64,000 nucleotides of DNA. It comes from Lingula anatina (Eukaryota > Animalia > Brachiopoda). The notes beneath the pieces are model-generated. The model did no database searches, was not told the DNA's origin, and saw only the letters and a program-made list of their open reading frames with translations. A program made the translations under genes and the position numbers. Positions 26,301 through 39,965 of this stretch are shown piece after piece (within the stretch, counting starts at the first letter, position 1; every line of letters begins with the position of its first letter). The stretch spans positions 19,366,534 to 19,430,533 of the forward strand of contig CM120644.1 of the NCBI GenBank assembly GCA_051362555.1, given 5' to 3'.

Positions 26301-29300
26301 GAGAGAGTGTCAAATGAAACGGGTAATGAGTAATACATTACAGTAAATAAAGGGACTGGCGGTGGAAGAAACGATAGACTGTTTTGCATCAAGTTATGCC
26401 CTTATAATCCGACATGGCCCATAACATGATCCATAACATGACTCATTGTTGTATGACTTATATTTGTGCCGACTTACATTTTACTCTCGTTCATTTCGTG
26501 AAACTCTTTCCTTGAATAAAGTTTTGCCTGTATAAATTAACTTTGTGACATGAAGTAATTTTAATTAAAATTAAACGCGCCTGTTGAAAAGGGGGCTTTT
26601 CGTAACTAATAAAGGTTCATTCACTATTCAGAAAAATATTGTCGCCGTTCGTCGCCGCTACCTTCAGGAAAGCGTACCCTCCGCGTGGATCACCGGCATT
26701 TTTGATCATCTGACAAATCAGGGCAATTTACGTTTTAGCTAATTATTCTAAATTTACTAATATTTTGGACTAAATTCGATGTCAGATTCATAGCAATGAC
26801 GGAGAGCCGCCAGAGTAACTGTTTAATTTTCTAAACTAATCAAACTAGAACGCGTGGCGATAAAATGTGTCGCTAGATCTTGTAAACACTCAGCGAAATG
26901 CACCTAGTGACTATATTCAATGTGCCGTCACTTAATTGCTTTCTCGATTTCATTAAGTTACGATAGTAATTGCAGATAACAAGGAAGAGGAAATGCTGAA
27001 GACAAAACAACGTCGGGTCTTTGTGTGACTTTCACCCTAAACACTTTTTATGTTGCTGTCAACGAAAAAGGAGTCTAGATAGCGATTATTTTAACCACTG
27101 CTGCTTTTTTTACAGGTAGACTTCCTCGTTTATCATTTAAATGCTCCCCTCCCCCAGCAGACCCAACTTGATGCATGTACGTCTTGGTAGCTATAGTACA
27201 GATCTTGGTTCAAGTAATGAAAGGTTTAAGCACAAAACGATAATTTGAGGCTATTTTTTCATTCAAGACAAAATTAAGTATCTATGGTGTGTGACAATAG
27301 GGACTTTACAAAGCTTAATTTGTCCTTAAATATATATATTCCAGTAGCATAGACGAGCGACGTAATTGTAACCTCAACCTGAGGTATCTCCGATGAAAGC
27401 GTAGTACAAAAATTAACTTTTTTAAATATGGATTACAACATGCTGTACAATGATATTGAGACTAAAGGGTTTAATGGACTTCTTTGCCTTAAAAGCAATT
27501 CATTTCAAAATTAAAAGAAACAGTTTTTTCGGGGAGCGTGGGTAGACAGTTTACGTCAGGTGATTCGTTAAAGTCGAGGAGTGTTTCACTTTCAAATGTG
27601 TAAATCATATATGTCATAAAACACTATAAGAAAGTTTTTTGTTACGATCTGCAACATTTGTTTATTTATATGGCAGGGCGAAGTTAAAGCCAGTGGTAAT
27701 TGGAACCTAATACCGTAATCCTCCTCGTCCATTTATTTAAATCGTATCAAAACGTATGATACACAGTGTTCATTAATGTCATAATTTTGGCGATTTATTA
27801 AAACCATATTGGTACATAAAAGTTTAAGATTAGCATAAGTTAAGCAACAACCAGTATGAAGAACAACACCCTTTTTAAATGAGGCAAGACACCCTCTTCA
27901 CACTGATTATAACCTTGAGAAAGACATTATGCAACTTAAGGCAAATGAGTTATGCAAAGTTCTTTCAACTCGTGTGTGAATACAACACATTCTTTGTCAC
28001 TTTTACAAGACAATGGAGGCGAGCAAGTAGAGTAATTACAATATACAATAAAAAGGACATTAGTATAGAAAGCTTACTTCGGGTCAGCCCTTTGTCTGTT
28101 CGAATGAACTAGATAGATATCGCGCCGCGACTCCCTTTAATAAACCTTCGATCGTGTGTTTGTGTAAAAGTGTGAAAGACAGGCAACGGTCTTTAGTCGC
28201 TGTTGATATTGTTCGCAATTAATATTGAAGTATAACTCCTTCGCCTGCATGTAAACGTGTTTCTTTTCCTCATGTTCTCTATATTTCTTTCAGGTGGTTG
28301 AGACAATGGGATGAGATCGATAAAAGTAAAGGTTAATCTAAACAATTAGATGCGATTTTTGTGAAATGACTTATTAAGTGATGTGCATGTACGTAGCATG
28401 TTAAAATTCTTGAATTTCTAATTTGTTAAACCTTTCATACACGGCCTCATATGTATTACTCTCAGGCCTTCGGTATTATTGTGTTACACGGGACTCCTGG
28501 AAACCTGAAGCACAGGTCTACGGAGTCTTGTTATCCTTCATGCAGTTTTATGGCTGGGATGAACACTGCGAAGTAGAAACAGGCTTTACTTAGCTTTACT
28601 TAATGTACGACAGTTTAAACAAAACCAGTCTGCAAGGCTTGCTTTGATTTGGCGTTAACCTTACACTGATTTTAAAAGAACAAATATAAATATGTTCGAA
28701 GGATTAAATGCCGGCTTCGTTATATTTTAACTAAATGTGTTCACTTGCACAGTTACACAGATAATATTTTTAAGTTGTCTGTCGTTCAGCACGCATTATA
28801 GGCGAGTAGCTAAATAGTGACGGTGATCAATCCAAGCTCAATCTTGGCAAGTATTGTTTACAAAATAGATCATGTTGAATAAACTTAATTACGCTTTAAT
28901 AAATAATCAACACACGGTTCTGTTATTGTCACTTGAAAGCTTTCGATCAAAGACGTTCAATGAAATCACAAATCATTTGACGATTAAAAAATGGACATGT
29001 TCAAGGCGCAGTTTTTGTTTCAGCTAAAGGGACTTCAGGTTCAGGTAGAGGGTTCAGTTACGTGTTTCATCGGATGATAGCATCACGCCCTAGGTCTAAG
29101 CGAGTTGAATAGAAGCTTTTTATCCAAACATCCTATTCCTAACAACTGAGTTAGGACAAAGGTCTAGTAACATGCACTGTGCAATTACTATTAATGGATC
29201 AGATGCATACTTGATTGTTTTTCCTCTGGTGTCGCACGTGTGCATCCTTTCTTGAGTGATCTGAAACAAGTTGCTAAAGTACCATATTTCTCACTGTAGC

Positions 29301-30264
29301 AAAATATGTTCGACATGGCGTTTCTGAACGGCAGCCGGAGACACAGTAATTGTATAGGCTTGCTTTAAGCTTGTTCGAGAGATAATAACAGTCGGGTTTA
29401 ACAATAGATAGCAAGCTATAGTAAGACCCCCTCCTCATTAACTGATGATTTACAGTTTTAATTGACCGTACTTTCGTATATTGTATGATCATACAGCCAG
29501 ACTTCCCCCTGTTGCACGTTGTAGTTGGATTGTCATTGCGCCTATGTCAATGCACCTCATTTAATTTCGATATTATAATATAAGCATAATATAAGTAATA
29601 TGTTATTTCCTTATTCCTCTTTCATTATCATTCATGTTTTATAAATACTTGAACGCTTGAATGCAGATATTTCAAATTAAAACATAAGTACATAAATAAA
29701 CTATACATTTATAAATTAATGCAATAGGGATTTTTTCGAGACAGATTGATGCTGACGCTCATGCATTTCAACCAAACAAACAATAATTAGTTCAATTTTT
29801 GACTGCGGAAATTTCATATAGGATGAAATAACTAATAACAAATTTAACTAGCAGTTTTTTAGCAACACTAAAAACCAGCTGCGCGTGCCAAACTAGTGAA
29901 CAAAAGGACAGTTCGCTTCGCGTGGCACGCCTTAGCATGGGTTTAGCCTCTTCAAGCTATAATCCTATCGCCGCAACAAACAATAGGGACCTTCTGGCTG
30001 ATGTATCCTGCTGTTAATTACACCTAGTTACAGCGGATTGTCGCGCTCGCGCTGGGCCACAGAAACCGGCGTCATGGGGTTCACTCGTATTAAGTATTGT
30101 GTTATTCCACCTAAGCTATTGTGTTTGTGCGTTCGAATTTTGAAGGAATTTATACGGCCCTCCATTGTTTGTCCGCCCCCTTCTATTCACAAGATAGGGA
30201 TTAAAACATTTCGAACGTTGTTACACCGGTGTACAACGGAAACAAAATTATTCCGACCACTGTA

Positions 30265-30745
30265 CTAGCCCCACCTGTCTCCCCTCAAAAAGAATGGACT
30301 CGCCCCACCTGTCACCCCTTCAGATTGAATGCACTCGCCCCACCTGTCACCCCTCAAAAAGAATGGACTCGCCCCACCTGTCACCCCTCAGATGGAATGG
30401 ACTCGCCCCACCTGTCTCCCCTCAAAAAGAATGGACTCGCCCCAACTGTCACCCCTTCAGATTGAATGCACTCGCCCCACCTGTCACCCCTCAAAAAGAA
30501 TGGACTCGCCCCACCTGTCACCCCTCAGATGGAATGGACTCGCCCCACCTGCCACCCCTCAAAAAGAATGGACTCACCCCACCTGTCACCCCTTCCGATT
30601 GAATGGACTCTCCCCACCTGCCACCCCTCAAAGAGAATGGACTTGCCCCACCTGTCACCCCTCCCTCAGATCGAATGGACTTGCTCTACCTGTCACTCCT
30701 CAAATCGAATGGACTCGACCCACCTGTCACCGTTCAAAAAGGAAT
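30265..30745. repeat. Minisatellite, 34-35-bp monomer with 137-bp four-monomer higher-order repeat
   Basis: gaatg(g/c)actcgccccacctgtcacccctc followed by aaaaa / agatt / aaaaa / agatg variants that recur every 137 bp. Confidence 0.95.
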
Positions 30746-31926
30746 TGTCTGAACTGTTACCCACCTCAATTCAGTCACACAAACCACACTCATATCAAAT
30801 TATAAAATAAAGTCATTCTTGTGTGATTATTTATTTATTTAGGACATCTTTTGCGACAGAAAATCATGGTGAAGAAATAAAATAAAATATATGCACACTT
30901 AGATTGGCATAGACTTTAATCAAATAATGTGATTATATAGGTCAAGGCCGTTTAGACAGAGGTACCTGCTCGTGACTGACAGCTACGAAATCTTGAATTT
31001 TACATACTTGTTACTCAGAAGAGAGGTATTTAAACTTTGTTTAACATATTTTAAAGTGTGTTGGGCTCATTTAAGAACGCCTTTGGATCTGGTGGAACGT
31101 GGACAGAAAATTTGGTATTTGAGGTTGACACATCTGCGTCGCTTACGTTGACATGTTGACATGATGTTGATATTACGTTGACTATGACGATGAAACAGGT
31201 GGCTTGTGACTACTCCACTTTGGAGCTCTTGTGTCAAAGGCTAAATTGTGCTGTGTGCTTGTGCAATATAGTGTGCATGTGCCAGTGCGCGCGCGCGCGT
31301 GTGTGTACATTTGCCTGATTCAGAAGTGTATTTAAGTTATAATAATTTTGCTGAGATTCATTTCTTACATTTATTTGCATAGATGAATGCCTTTAAATTA
31401 GTACAGTGATGATTGGGTAATTTATCACGCCACATCGCAAATGACTTCATATAATAGAACAATTTTATTCAAACCATGCATCTCAGTTTTGCACCGTTGA
31501 TAGATAGGCCCCTATATGGCGGTGTGTCGATCCGCTAGGAAACGTAGTCCTTTCTCCATTACTTTGTACAGGTGACTCCCCCCCCTTCTTCGATTTCTGA
31601 AAAAAATCACACCAATGATTCCCTCCTGATATTACAATTTTAACAAACTGAATCATAGTTCTTAACAGTATCCAATAACACCGTTCGCCCCAAAAAATAC
31701 CAAAAAATACCAAGGGGGGGGGGGTCGATTTCCCATCTAAAAATCTATTTTCTATTCGCGGTATCTTGTTCTGAGTGTGTAAATGGAGTTAGTAATAATT
31801 ATAGTTATTCTACCAATATTACTAGTTCTTTACAATATTTCTTGATTGCAGAAAGATTCATTAATTATTAGTATTATTTTTATTTATTTATTATTTTTTT
31901 TATTATTATTATTATTTTTTTTGCAG

Positions 31927-33946
31927 TTGCACAATCAGTGATGGGTTCCAACAAGTTGTGCATGGAAATGTGGAGACCATGATGAAACAGGTGGCTTATG
32001 ACTTTGAGAAGGGCTATGATTTGGCACATGCAACTGTTGAACACCAGGCTATGACACAGATTGAAGAAATGGTTGCCTAGGAAAATTTGGTTGTCAAGGA
32101 AGATACGGTTGCCATGGGAGATGTGGACAGCAAGAAAGGGGTATTTATTAGTTCTATTTTGTATGTGCCTGTACAGATATCATGGATTGCCTTTGAGACA
32201 TACATGTATTGCCTTCTTGTAATTAAAAACAGACACTTGTATCATTTTTGTAATGTTTATCAATATATTTGGCTTGACTTATAAGCACATATTCATATAC
32301 TAAGAACACAAAAAAAAGACATTATGCTGATATTGAGGTATTATTGTGCAACATCAAACCACTGCCATAATAAATATCTCGGTCTGTGGAATATTTTGAC
32401 TATATTTACCAGTCAGCAGAATCAATTATTGGATGATTTTCAATATTTCAGAAAACACCCAGCTACAACAGGACTCCCAACTCCAGTGCACTGTCCACTA
32501 GTAGCATCATACTCCAGATGCCAGAAGTCTCTAGGGAAAATAACAACTACATTGCTTTTGAGTTCTTCAGATATGCTCCTCCCCCTAACAACGCTAGGCT
32601 AAACTCAAAGATTCATAAGGAAATGCAAGCAGAGAATCCAAAATCCCATGCTGGGAAGATTTCCAGCTTCAGAAATGCAGATGTTTCATCTTTTTACAGT
32701 CTCATTGCTCACTTCAACCCATGTTTTCTTATTTCAGGTAATCATGTACATATATAAAATAGTTCACCGTTATATAATGCTGTAGAAATGTCTATCTGAT
32801 GATGTTTTTTTAATCCTTTTTGATGGTGTAAAACAGATGTAACATCCTTTTGATTTTTAGGTTCTTAATTTTTGTTCAACAGTAGAAAAATATGGCTTAA
32901 ACAAATAATTTTTACATTTCCCTTTTATGATGCAAATTTAGACAACAGCCAGACAAAAGACAATGATGAGCTACCAAAGCAGGCATCTGAACATGTGGCA
33001 GTTGATGTAGAGAAAGGTAATTGTCAGGTGTAAAAAAATATTGTAGCACCAACAGTTGGCATTTTGTGAACAGTTCAAGACCCAAGACCCTTTCAAGATT
33101 TTCAAATTGGAACAAATGTCTGATACATCAGTTTTTCATATCTTTATATTCTTTAATTAATTTTGCAATGGTTCATTTAGCCAAACTTCCAAACTTCAAA
33201 TCATTTATTCAAGTTTATATAATGTTTTGAAACATTGAGCTAAAGAAGGAACTCCACAGCTTGCCAGTGCACCAGATACTGTAGCAATATTAACTAAAAG
33301 TATTTAAAATAATTAAAATATTTGGGAAGGTAATTGTCCATTCTGGTATCAAGTCTGTCATTTCAGTTAATTATTAAAAAAAAAAGAATAAATGTGTAAA
33401 AAAAAGGATAATGCAATTTCATGTACATGTAACCCATCAGCTTACATTTTGAAGATACATATAATTAGAACATTGATTTCAACATAAGCTTCCTTGCCTT
33501 TATTAAAATTAAATTATGGTGTTAAGCAGGGGTAATATTACCCTGCTTCAATTTTTAGTAAAACTTCCACATACTTTTGGCAATAATTCATTTCCACACA
33601 ATCTGTTCCAGAACCATCAGATGAGGTGCCATACACTGAACTGAAGTCACTGGAAATGATTGGCAACAGAAACCATGGCGGAAAGTTGCCCCGCTTTTTG
33701 ATCTATCCAGCATTTATTTTGCTGGGTGTCTCCATGGCTGGGGCAGTATTTCTCACCATTGTGTATGGCAGAGAACTGAGTGATAGCGCTGTGTACAACT
33801 GGGCTGCTCTGGTAGGAGTGGCACTGGTGGAGGACTTGTTTGTGTTCCAGACACTGAAGGCAGTTTGTGTGTATGGCCACTGCCTACTTTTCTCAGCAAA
33901 TGAGGCTGGAGAGGATGCTCACAGGCAGGAGAAGACAGCTTGTTAA
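31927..33946 (+). pseudogene. Polycystin-1 (PKD1/PKD1L/REJ)-like transmembrane-segment gene, 4 visible exons, in-frame TAG at 32078-32080
   Basis: Phase-compatible AG/GT exons 31927-32140, 32452-32737, 32942-33016, 33612-33946. YIAFEFFRYAPP and LPRFLIYPAFILLGVSMAGAVFLTIVYGRELSDSAVYNWAALVGVALVEDLFVFQTLK resemble the PKD1-family 'FR' and 'LP..Y..YG..W...D.F..QP.K' transmembrane region. Confidence 0.7.
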
Positions 33947-34769
33947 GTTTTAAAAAAACTCAGTGCTCTGGTGCCAGTGGAACCTTTCACTAAGTGATGA
34001 AATTCCAGAAATAGTGCAAGGACAGACTCATGGAGGCCTCATACCCCTATTGCAGAACTATACCATGTTTATGATTTAAAGAAATAATATAAAAATTATT
34101 AAAATATTTTGTGTTGAACTTTGTCCTTTTAAATTTCTTATGGATCAGAGGTGTTTTTATATAACCAAATACACTGCCTTAGTATTTAATACATTGCTAC
34201 AGTGCAAAAAATGTGACCAGAATCTCATAAAGTATCTTTTTTAAATAAATGCTGCCATTAATGATCTCATTCACTTTTAAATAGACATTTTTTAAAATAA
34301 CTTCACTGATCTGTGACAATAAAATCTACCTTGAGTATTTTCTGAATTTTCTTTTTCTTTTACTGACCCTTTTGTTCAAGTTTTTAAATATTGAATACCA
34401 GTTTGTAAAAGAAGACAAAGTTTCATGGATAATCATGGCAAATTATGCTTGTTTAGGCTTAAAATATATTGAATTTGATAAAAACTAATTTTTCATTAAA
34501 AAATGCTATTAAAATCCTGGATAAAACCAGTTGGTTAAACAATTTTATAAACAGACTGAAATTCTATGCTTTTTCCCTTATTATGTTGTGTCAACTTCAA
34601 CTGAAACATTCATTCAAAAAGTCCTATCCTAACATTTCTTCATCAGATTTTATATTTCATACAGTATCATCAAAATTCATTCCCATCTGTTGCCCTTTGT
34701 AAGGTGTCTGCATTTTTTATTACAACAATACAATTTCTAGTCTTTTACAGTACTTTATTGCATTTTATT

Positions 34770-34929
34770 GGGGGGGGGGGGGTCGTGGGGTTCGAAAGAA
34801 CCACCCCTTTTGGTGGGAATAGGTCCACTCTGGGTAAAATTTGATGTAGGTTCATGAAGTTTTTATGGAAAAAAGGTCCACTTTTTCAGAAAAAGAACCC
34901 CCCTTTTGAAATTGCTGGCTACGGGCCTG
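34770..34929. mobile_element. CAGG MITE family copy, left end truncated
   Basis: Internal aggtccactctgggtaaaatttgat matches 962-1112; ends ggctacgggcctg. Confidence 0.8.
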
Positions 34930-35191
34930 ACTACATTAATTCATGCCTTCCTCAACTTATAATTTCCTCTATTTCTGTCCTACTCAGATCTATTCGGGTA
35001 AATGGATACAGCTCATGACGTTGTATTTCATTACTGAATATCTTCATTTGTGATTGTGCGTTAGGGGTGGGGTGGGGTAATTTTCTTTTCTCATGGGGCG
35101 GGGCCGGTTGCTCTGTCATATAACATAGGCTAAAGTTGAAATCGAGGCACCTGTACAGAAGGTGGTCTAGAATATATTATTATGTAATCTA

Positions 35192-36099
35192 GGTGAGTAT
35201 TTTGGTGAGAGGTGTTCAGAAAGGACCGAGGTCAGTAGAAAATGGAGGAGAAAGCCTTGTGTCTCATTGCCACAATTTTCACGAAATGGTCGGAAATCTG
35301 GGACTGAAATTGCCATCGATCTGTTGTAAGTACTGTATAGATGATGGAAGATAACATTGGTTATTTGGCGTTAACGATATTAACCAAAAAATGGTGCAAT
35401 TTGCAAATAAGGCATCATGTCGACATTTTTTCTTGACGTCAACAATATTTTCCCCTTAAAAATCCAAATTCAACTTGTTTATTCAAATTGTAAATAGTTT
35501 ATTTTCTGTTAATATTTTCAGATGGAATGCATTTGCCAGAAAACGGGTGGTGAGAGATTTGCCCCAGCAGTGAACGCGTCTTCCGTCTTAATTAATGTAA
35601 GGAGATCTTGGCAGGTAACTTCATTCTTAAGTCCTAATTTGTTTTTAAAAAAAATGAAAATCCACCTCAGCAAATCCCTACCCGCCAATGTGCACATGTC
35701 GTGACTATGTTGTTCTACTTTCTAATATCTCATAAATGTTGTTTTTATTACCCTCCTGTCATGTATTTATTTGTAAAATTTCACTTTATACGTAATGCGA
35801 GGGTCACTATCTTTTTAGTAGCACCACTGACGTGTAATTCTAAAGACACAGAATGTTGTCACGTTACAGTGTGTACACGGTGTAAAAGAATAGAAATTAT
35901 ATTGTTTGAAAGTACATGATTACATAGAACGTGTCAGCTCAGTATATATATATATATATTCCTCTAATTTAAAAGTTGAAAAGTGGTTTGTTGAATATTA
36001 CTATAAGAATCGAAATCGGTTGCCGTAAAATTAAAACTTGCTTTATTTAATCAACCCTTATACATTGATTTGTAAAGGTGGTTTTTGTTTAATTTCAGT
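35192..36099 (+). ncRNA. Putative spliced non-coding or micro-ORF transcript exons, copy 2
   Basis: Donor at 35192, exon 35522-35614, acceptor at 36098; splicing would give MECICQKTGGERFAPAVNASSVLINVRRSWQ*. Confidence 0.45.
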
Positions 36100-38384
36100 G
36101 ACTCAACCGTGCACGAGAAGATTGAATACGTTCTCCATCAATGACGTCAGACTCGTGTTCCACAGCGGCTGCATCCATGTCAAGATTACATGTCGCTTGT
36201 CAGAGTTTGCCTGCTAGTAAATTTGCAGGGTTGAAACTTAATATGAAGTGTAATGTTTGGTTTGGGTTGTGAATCGGCTGTAGTTATTTTAAAACTATTT
36301 CAAAGTAGTGTTCAGGAAGAGTACTTTGCTACACGTACATGTAGTAGTGGTTTATTTCCGTGTAGGTGTTGCAACGTAAACAACAATGCACATGTAGGAC
36401 GACCGGTTTTCTTTTTGATGGTAACATATTTGTGAGGACAAATCTGCAATTTGGCAGTTCTCCGTGAACAATTATTTATTTAAAATTGAATTCTAGTATT
36501 TATTTTGGTGATGTTTAGTTTTGGAAAGAAAGAAAACATTCCAACCGTGTAAAATGCATTTTTGGAAGTCTTTGGAAGTTATTGTTATATTGTCAAGTCG
36601 TCAAGTTATATTGTCAAGTACGCGCCATATTTGATCCACGGACTAGATAGACGGTGGTTCAACTGGTTGTGAACTCGGTCTAATGCTTTAGAAAGCGTCT
36701 GGAAGTTGCAGTGTGTGTTCAGTTGCTCTTCGGAAGAAAAAAAGAGCGAGATGTGCATCCACCAAAAATCAATAATACGCTGTAATTTGAATAATTATGC
36801 TTCAGAAATTGCAGCATTATCAAACTGGCAGAATGTGTCATTAGTATTGCAGAACTGTCTTGAAACGATCTTTCTTATTTAAGTTTGAATATGCGATTGT
36901 GACGCATATAAAATAAACTTCGTGTTTCAATGAGGGGAGGGGTCAAAATTCACCCTGGTTTTAGAAACGAAACCAAGGAGTTGAAAATTTCCCGAAATTA
37001 ATGTGCATTTGTTATTGCACCAGTGGTAGGTTACAAAGGAAAATCGTTGTGTTACAGAAAATATTTTATTTCGGAATATTTTCTACATTAAGGGGTCTAT
37101 ATAGGACTGACATTAATCAGAAACTTTAACATTCTGAATTTTCGAAAAATTCTTGACAAAGTCAAATCAATCATTTTAGCTGTCACAAAGCCGATTTTTT
37201 AGAATGAGTACTCGATGAAGTTTTTAAGACTGTCAATTTCTGTCAATACTTCCAAAATAGAATTTGATGCAATTTAAAGCGAATTTTATAGCAAGGGGTG
37301 AAAAACTAAAGAAACATTTTTCGTAAATTTACTGAGATTTTGGCTAGCAGTTATTTAGCCAATTCTTTGAAAATTCTTTAAACAAATATGAATAATTGCC
37401 ATTCTCTCAGTATAAAAAAATATCCAAAAGTGTTTAGATCAGCGCTCTGTTAAAGGTTGGCATTGTACTCAGTATTTTTATAGTTTATTCTTTGGTCGAG
37501 TTTAAAGGGTGATTAAAGATAACTTCTCATATGTTAGTCCTGCATGTCCTGTTGAATTATACTGCTGAGTGTCGCTAGATCACTTAATACTGGAGACCAG
37601 TCTTAGGTTTATTAGCATTGTCTTAGTAAGTGTGTATTTCAAGTAAACTGATATTTACGTATTCTTTTCCGTTTTCTTTGAAATGGCTATGGTTGAAATA
37701 AGCTTGTAATTTGGACACGTCATATGACGTTTCTGATTCGCATGCTGTATAAATTTCAGTTTTCGCTCAAAGTTGTGCCATGAGGTACATATTTTAGGAA
37801 TTAAGAAAACACGTTGATTTTGGACATGACAATATTTATCGATGAACTAAACAACCAGGAATCTTACATAATTTGATTATATTTGAACACCAATTTTCGT
37901 TTTATGTGCGAGTATCAGCAAGACGACATAGTGCTTGCATGTGGGTACATGTGTCGTGATAGGATGAGGTTATATGCATATTGAATTTTCTTTACCATTC
38001 ACACCAGTGAATTTAGACAAACGTTATTATAATTTTTTGTATTTGGATAATTTTCCAAAAATGCATAGAATCTCGTTATGTTGCACACTAGTTAGCTAGA
38101 TAATCATTTTTGTTTGTATGTAAAAGCTTAATTCAAATTTCATAGTACGTTTTATGAAATTGCCATTATTGTAGAAAAAATATATTTTAAGTTTTGTAAT
38201 ATTTTGTGAAAACAACGCTGTTACTTTTTGTATTCATTTATGCAATAATAAATGTGCAATATTGTTTTATGAACTAAATAGAAGTTATTTTTCTTAACTA
38301 CAGAACCACTGACTCCTCTTACTATACAGTGTTCGTAGCACTGTTTTGTAGAAGTCGAAATTCTTTATTTGGATTTATTTTAGT

Positions 38385-38483
38385 AAAAGGTAATTTGGTG
38401 GGACCCAGTGGCGCCAGGAATCGAACCTGCAACCTTCTGTCTGAGAGGCAAGCGCGTTACCTACTCCTCTAACTGTTCCCACC
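38385..38483 (-). ncRNA. tRNA-derived Pol III unit, copy 2
   Basis: Same A/B boxes as 10556-10654; 5' GGTGGGA pairs with 3' TCCCACC; TTTT at 38385-38388. Confidence 0.7.
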
Positions 38484-39822
38484 CACTCTCCCCAGGTAGA
38501 CTTTCTTCTTATAGTAACCAAAGAAAATTTTTAAAAAGACTTTTGGAATTACTCGGTTGTATCCAAGTGCGCGAGCAGTAAAGTAAACCCCAACCCGTGG
38601 GTACCAATGAACATGAAAATACAACAACGCATTGCATAATTTTGGTATTTCTTTATTAAGACCAAAACAAATTTCCATTCCATATATGCATGCATAAATA
38701 TACATCTTAAAATACCATCTTAAAACATCAGTTTGTGCGACTACAATTGTGATTTTTTTTAAGTTTTGAAGGTTTGAATATAATGGTATCAACCAAGTTA
38801 TTGAGATCCTCATTAGAATTCACTAAAAATGTAACAAATTCAATCTATTTGATTTTACAAATAAAACTATCAACTAAACTTTTTATGTTTGATCTTATGT
38901 TTGATATTAAAGAAAATATTTCGGAAAAGACTTTTTCCTTTAAAAACAACGCCGTATCTGGTATCCATCCCACCTTTAACATCAGAAAAAATCGAAAAGG
39001 AAACCCACACTGGACTAACATTATCAAGTACACATAATGCTACAAATTCCCTAGAATTTCACATTTTGACTACATTTAAATGTTCCAGATCCGACGTTGA
39101 TTTTTTTCTGTTTCTAACCATACGATATTATAAGAATTATTTCAATAACTAAATACCTAAAATCATGAGCAATTCTATAACTCTTGTGACAAATGTTTTG
39201 CAAGGAACTGAACAAAAATTAATCTCACATAGCACATGTAAAGAGAAAACATTTTTGCACCTACCGATCGATCTAATAAAAAAAAGTAAGTTTTTCAAAG
39301 TTGAGCAGATTTTGAAAAATAGCATCAATAATTCTTTCGTCTTTACACAGAATCTAGATTTGTTTAAGAGACATCATCGTCCAGTTATATTTTACGAAAG
39401 TCATAGTGTACATACTACGAACCTAGACATCAGAAAATTGGATCATTAACAAAAACAAGCTTATGAAATTAAGTTTTCTAATCTTTTCTCTGAGCGTTTA
39501 AAGTAAAGCAAAGGCACATAGTCCCATATGAAGCTAACATTTAATTTTCCTAGAAATTTCAACAATATATCACCAAGGCATACAATAATCAGAACAGTTA
39601 ATAGCGATTCGACCCATAAAGTCATTAAATTGAAAAAATAATAATAAATTAGCAATAAGTCACCAAGGTACACGGTATCCAGAACAGTTCAAAGCAATAA
39701 AGCATAAAGTCATTTAATTTTCGTAGAAATTTTAACAACAAATCATCAAAGTACAAGGTATACAGTATGTTATTTTCTAGGTAAAGGTGTAACGCGCACC
39801 ATATGCCTTTGAATTGAAATTA

Positions 39823-39965
39823 AAACCCATGTTTTTGAAGAGAGTGATATTATTTTATATGCTGAACTCAAAGTAATTAAGAACAAGAAATGAAAACCCA
39901 TGTTTTTGAAGAGAGTGATATTATTTTATATGCTGAACTCAAAGTAATTAAGAACAAGAAATGAA
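39823..39965. repeat. Recent ~70-bp tandem duplication, copy 2 only
   Basis: aaaacccatgtttttgaagagagtgatattattttatatgctgaactcaaagtaattaagaacaagaaa occurs twice; once in copy 1. Confidence 0.9.

Noticed and set aside
30229-30810. Proline-rich protein ORFs
   Set aside because: Several overlapping frames are open only because of the minisatellite.
39165-39449. Coding gene in the AT-rich duplicated block
   Set aside because: The paralogous sequence (11324-11612) has a stop and indels; no domain recognised.
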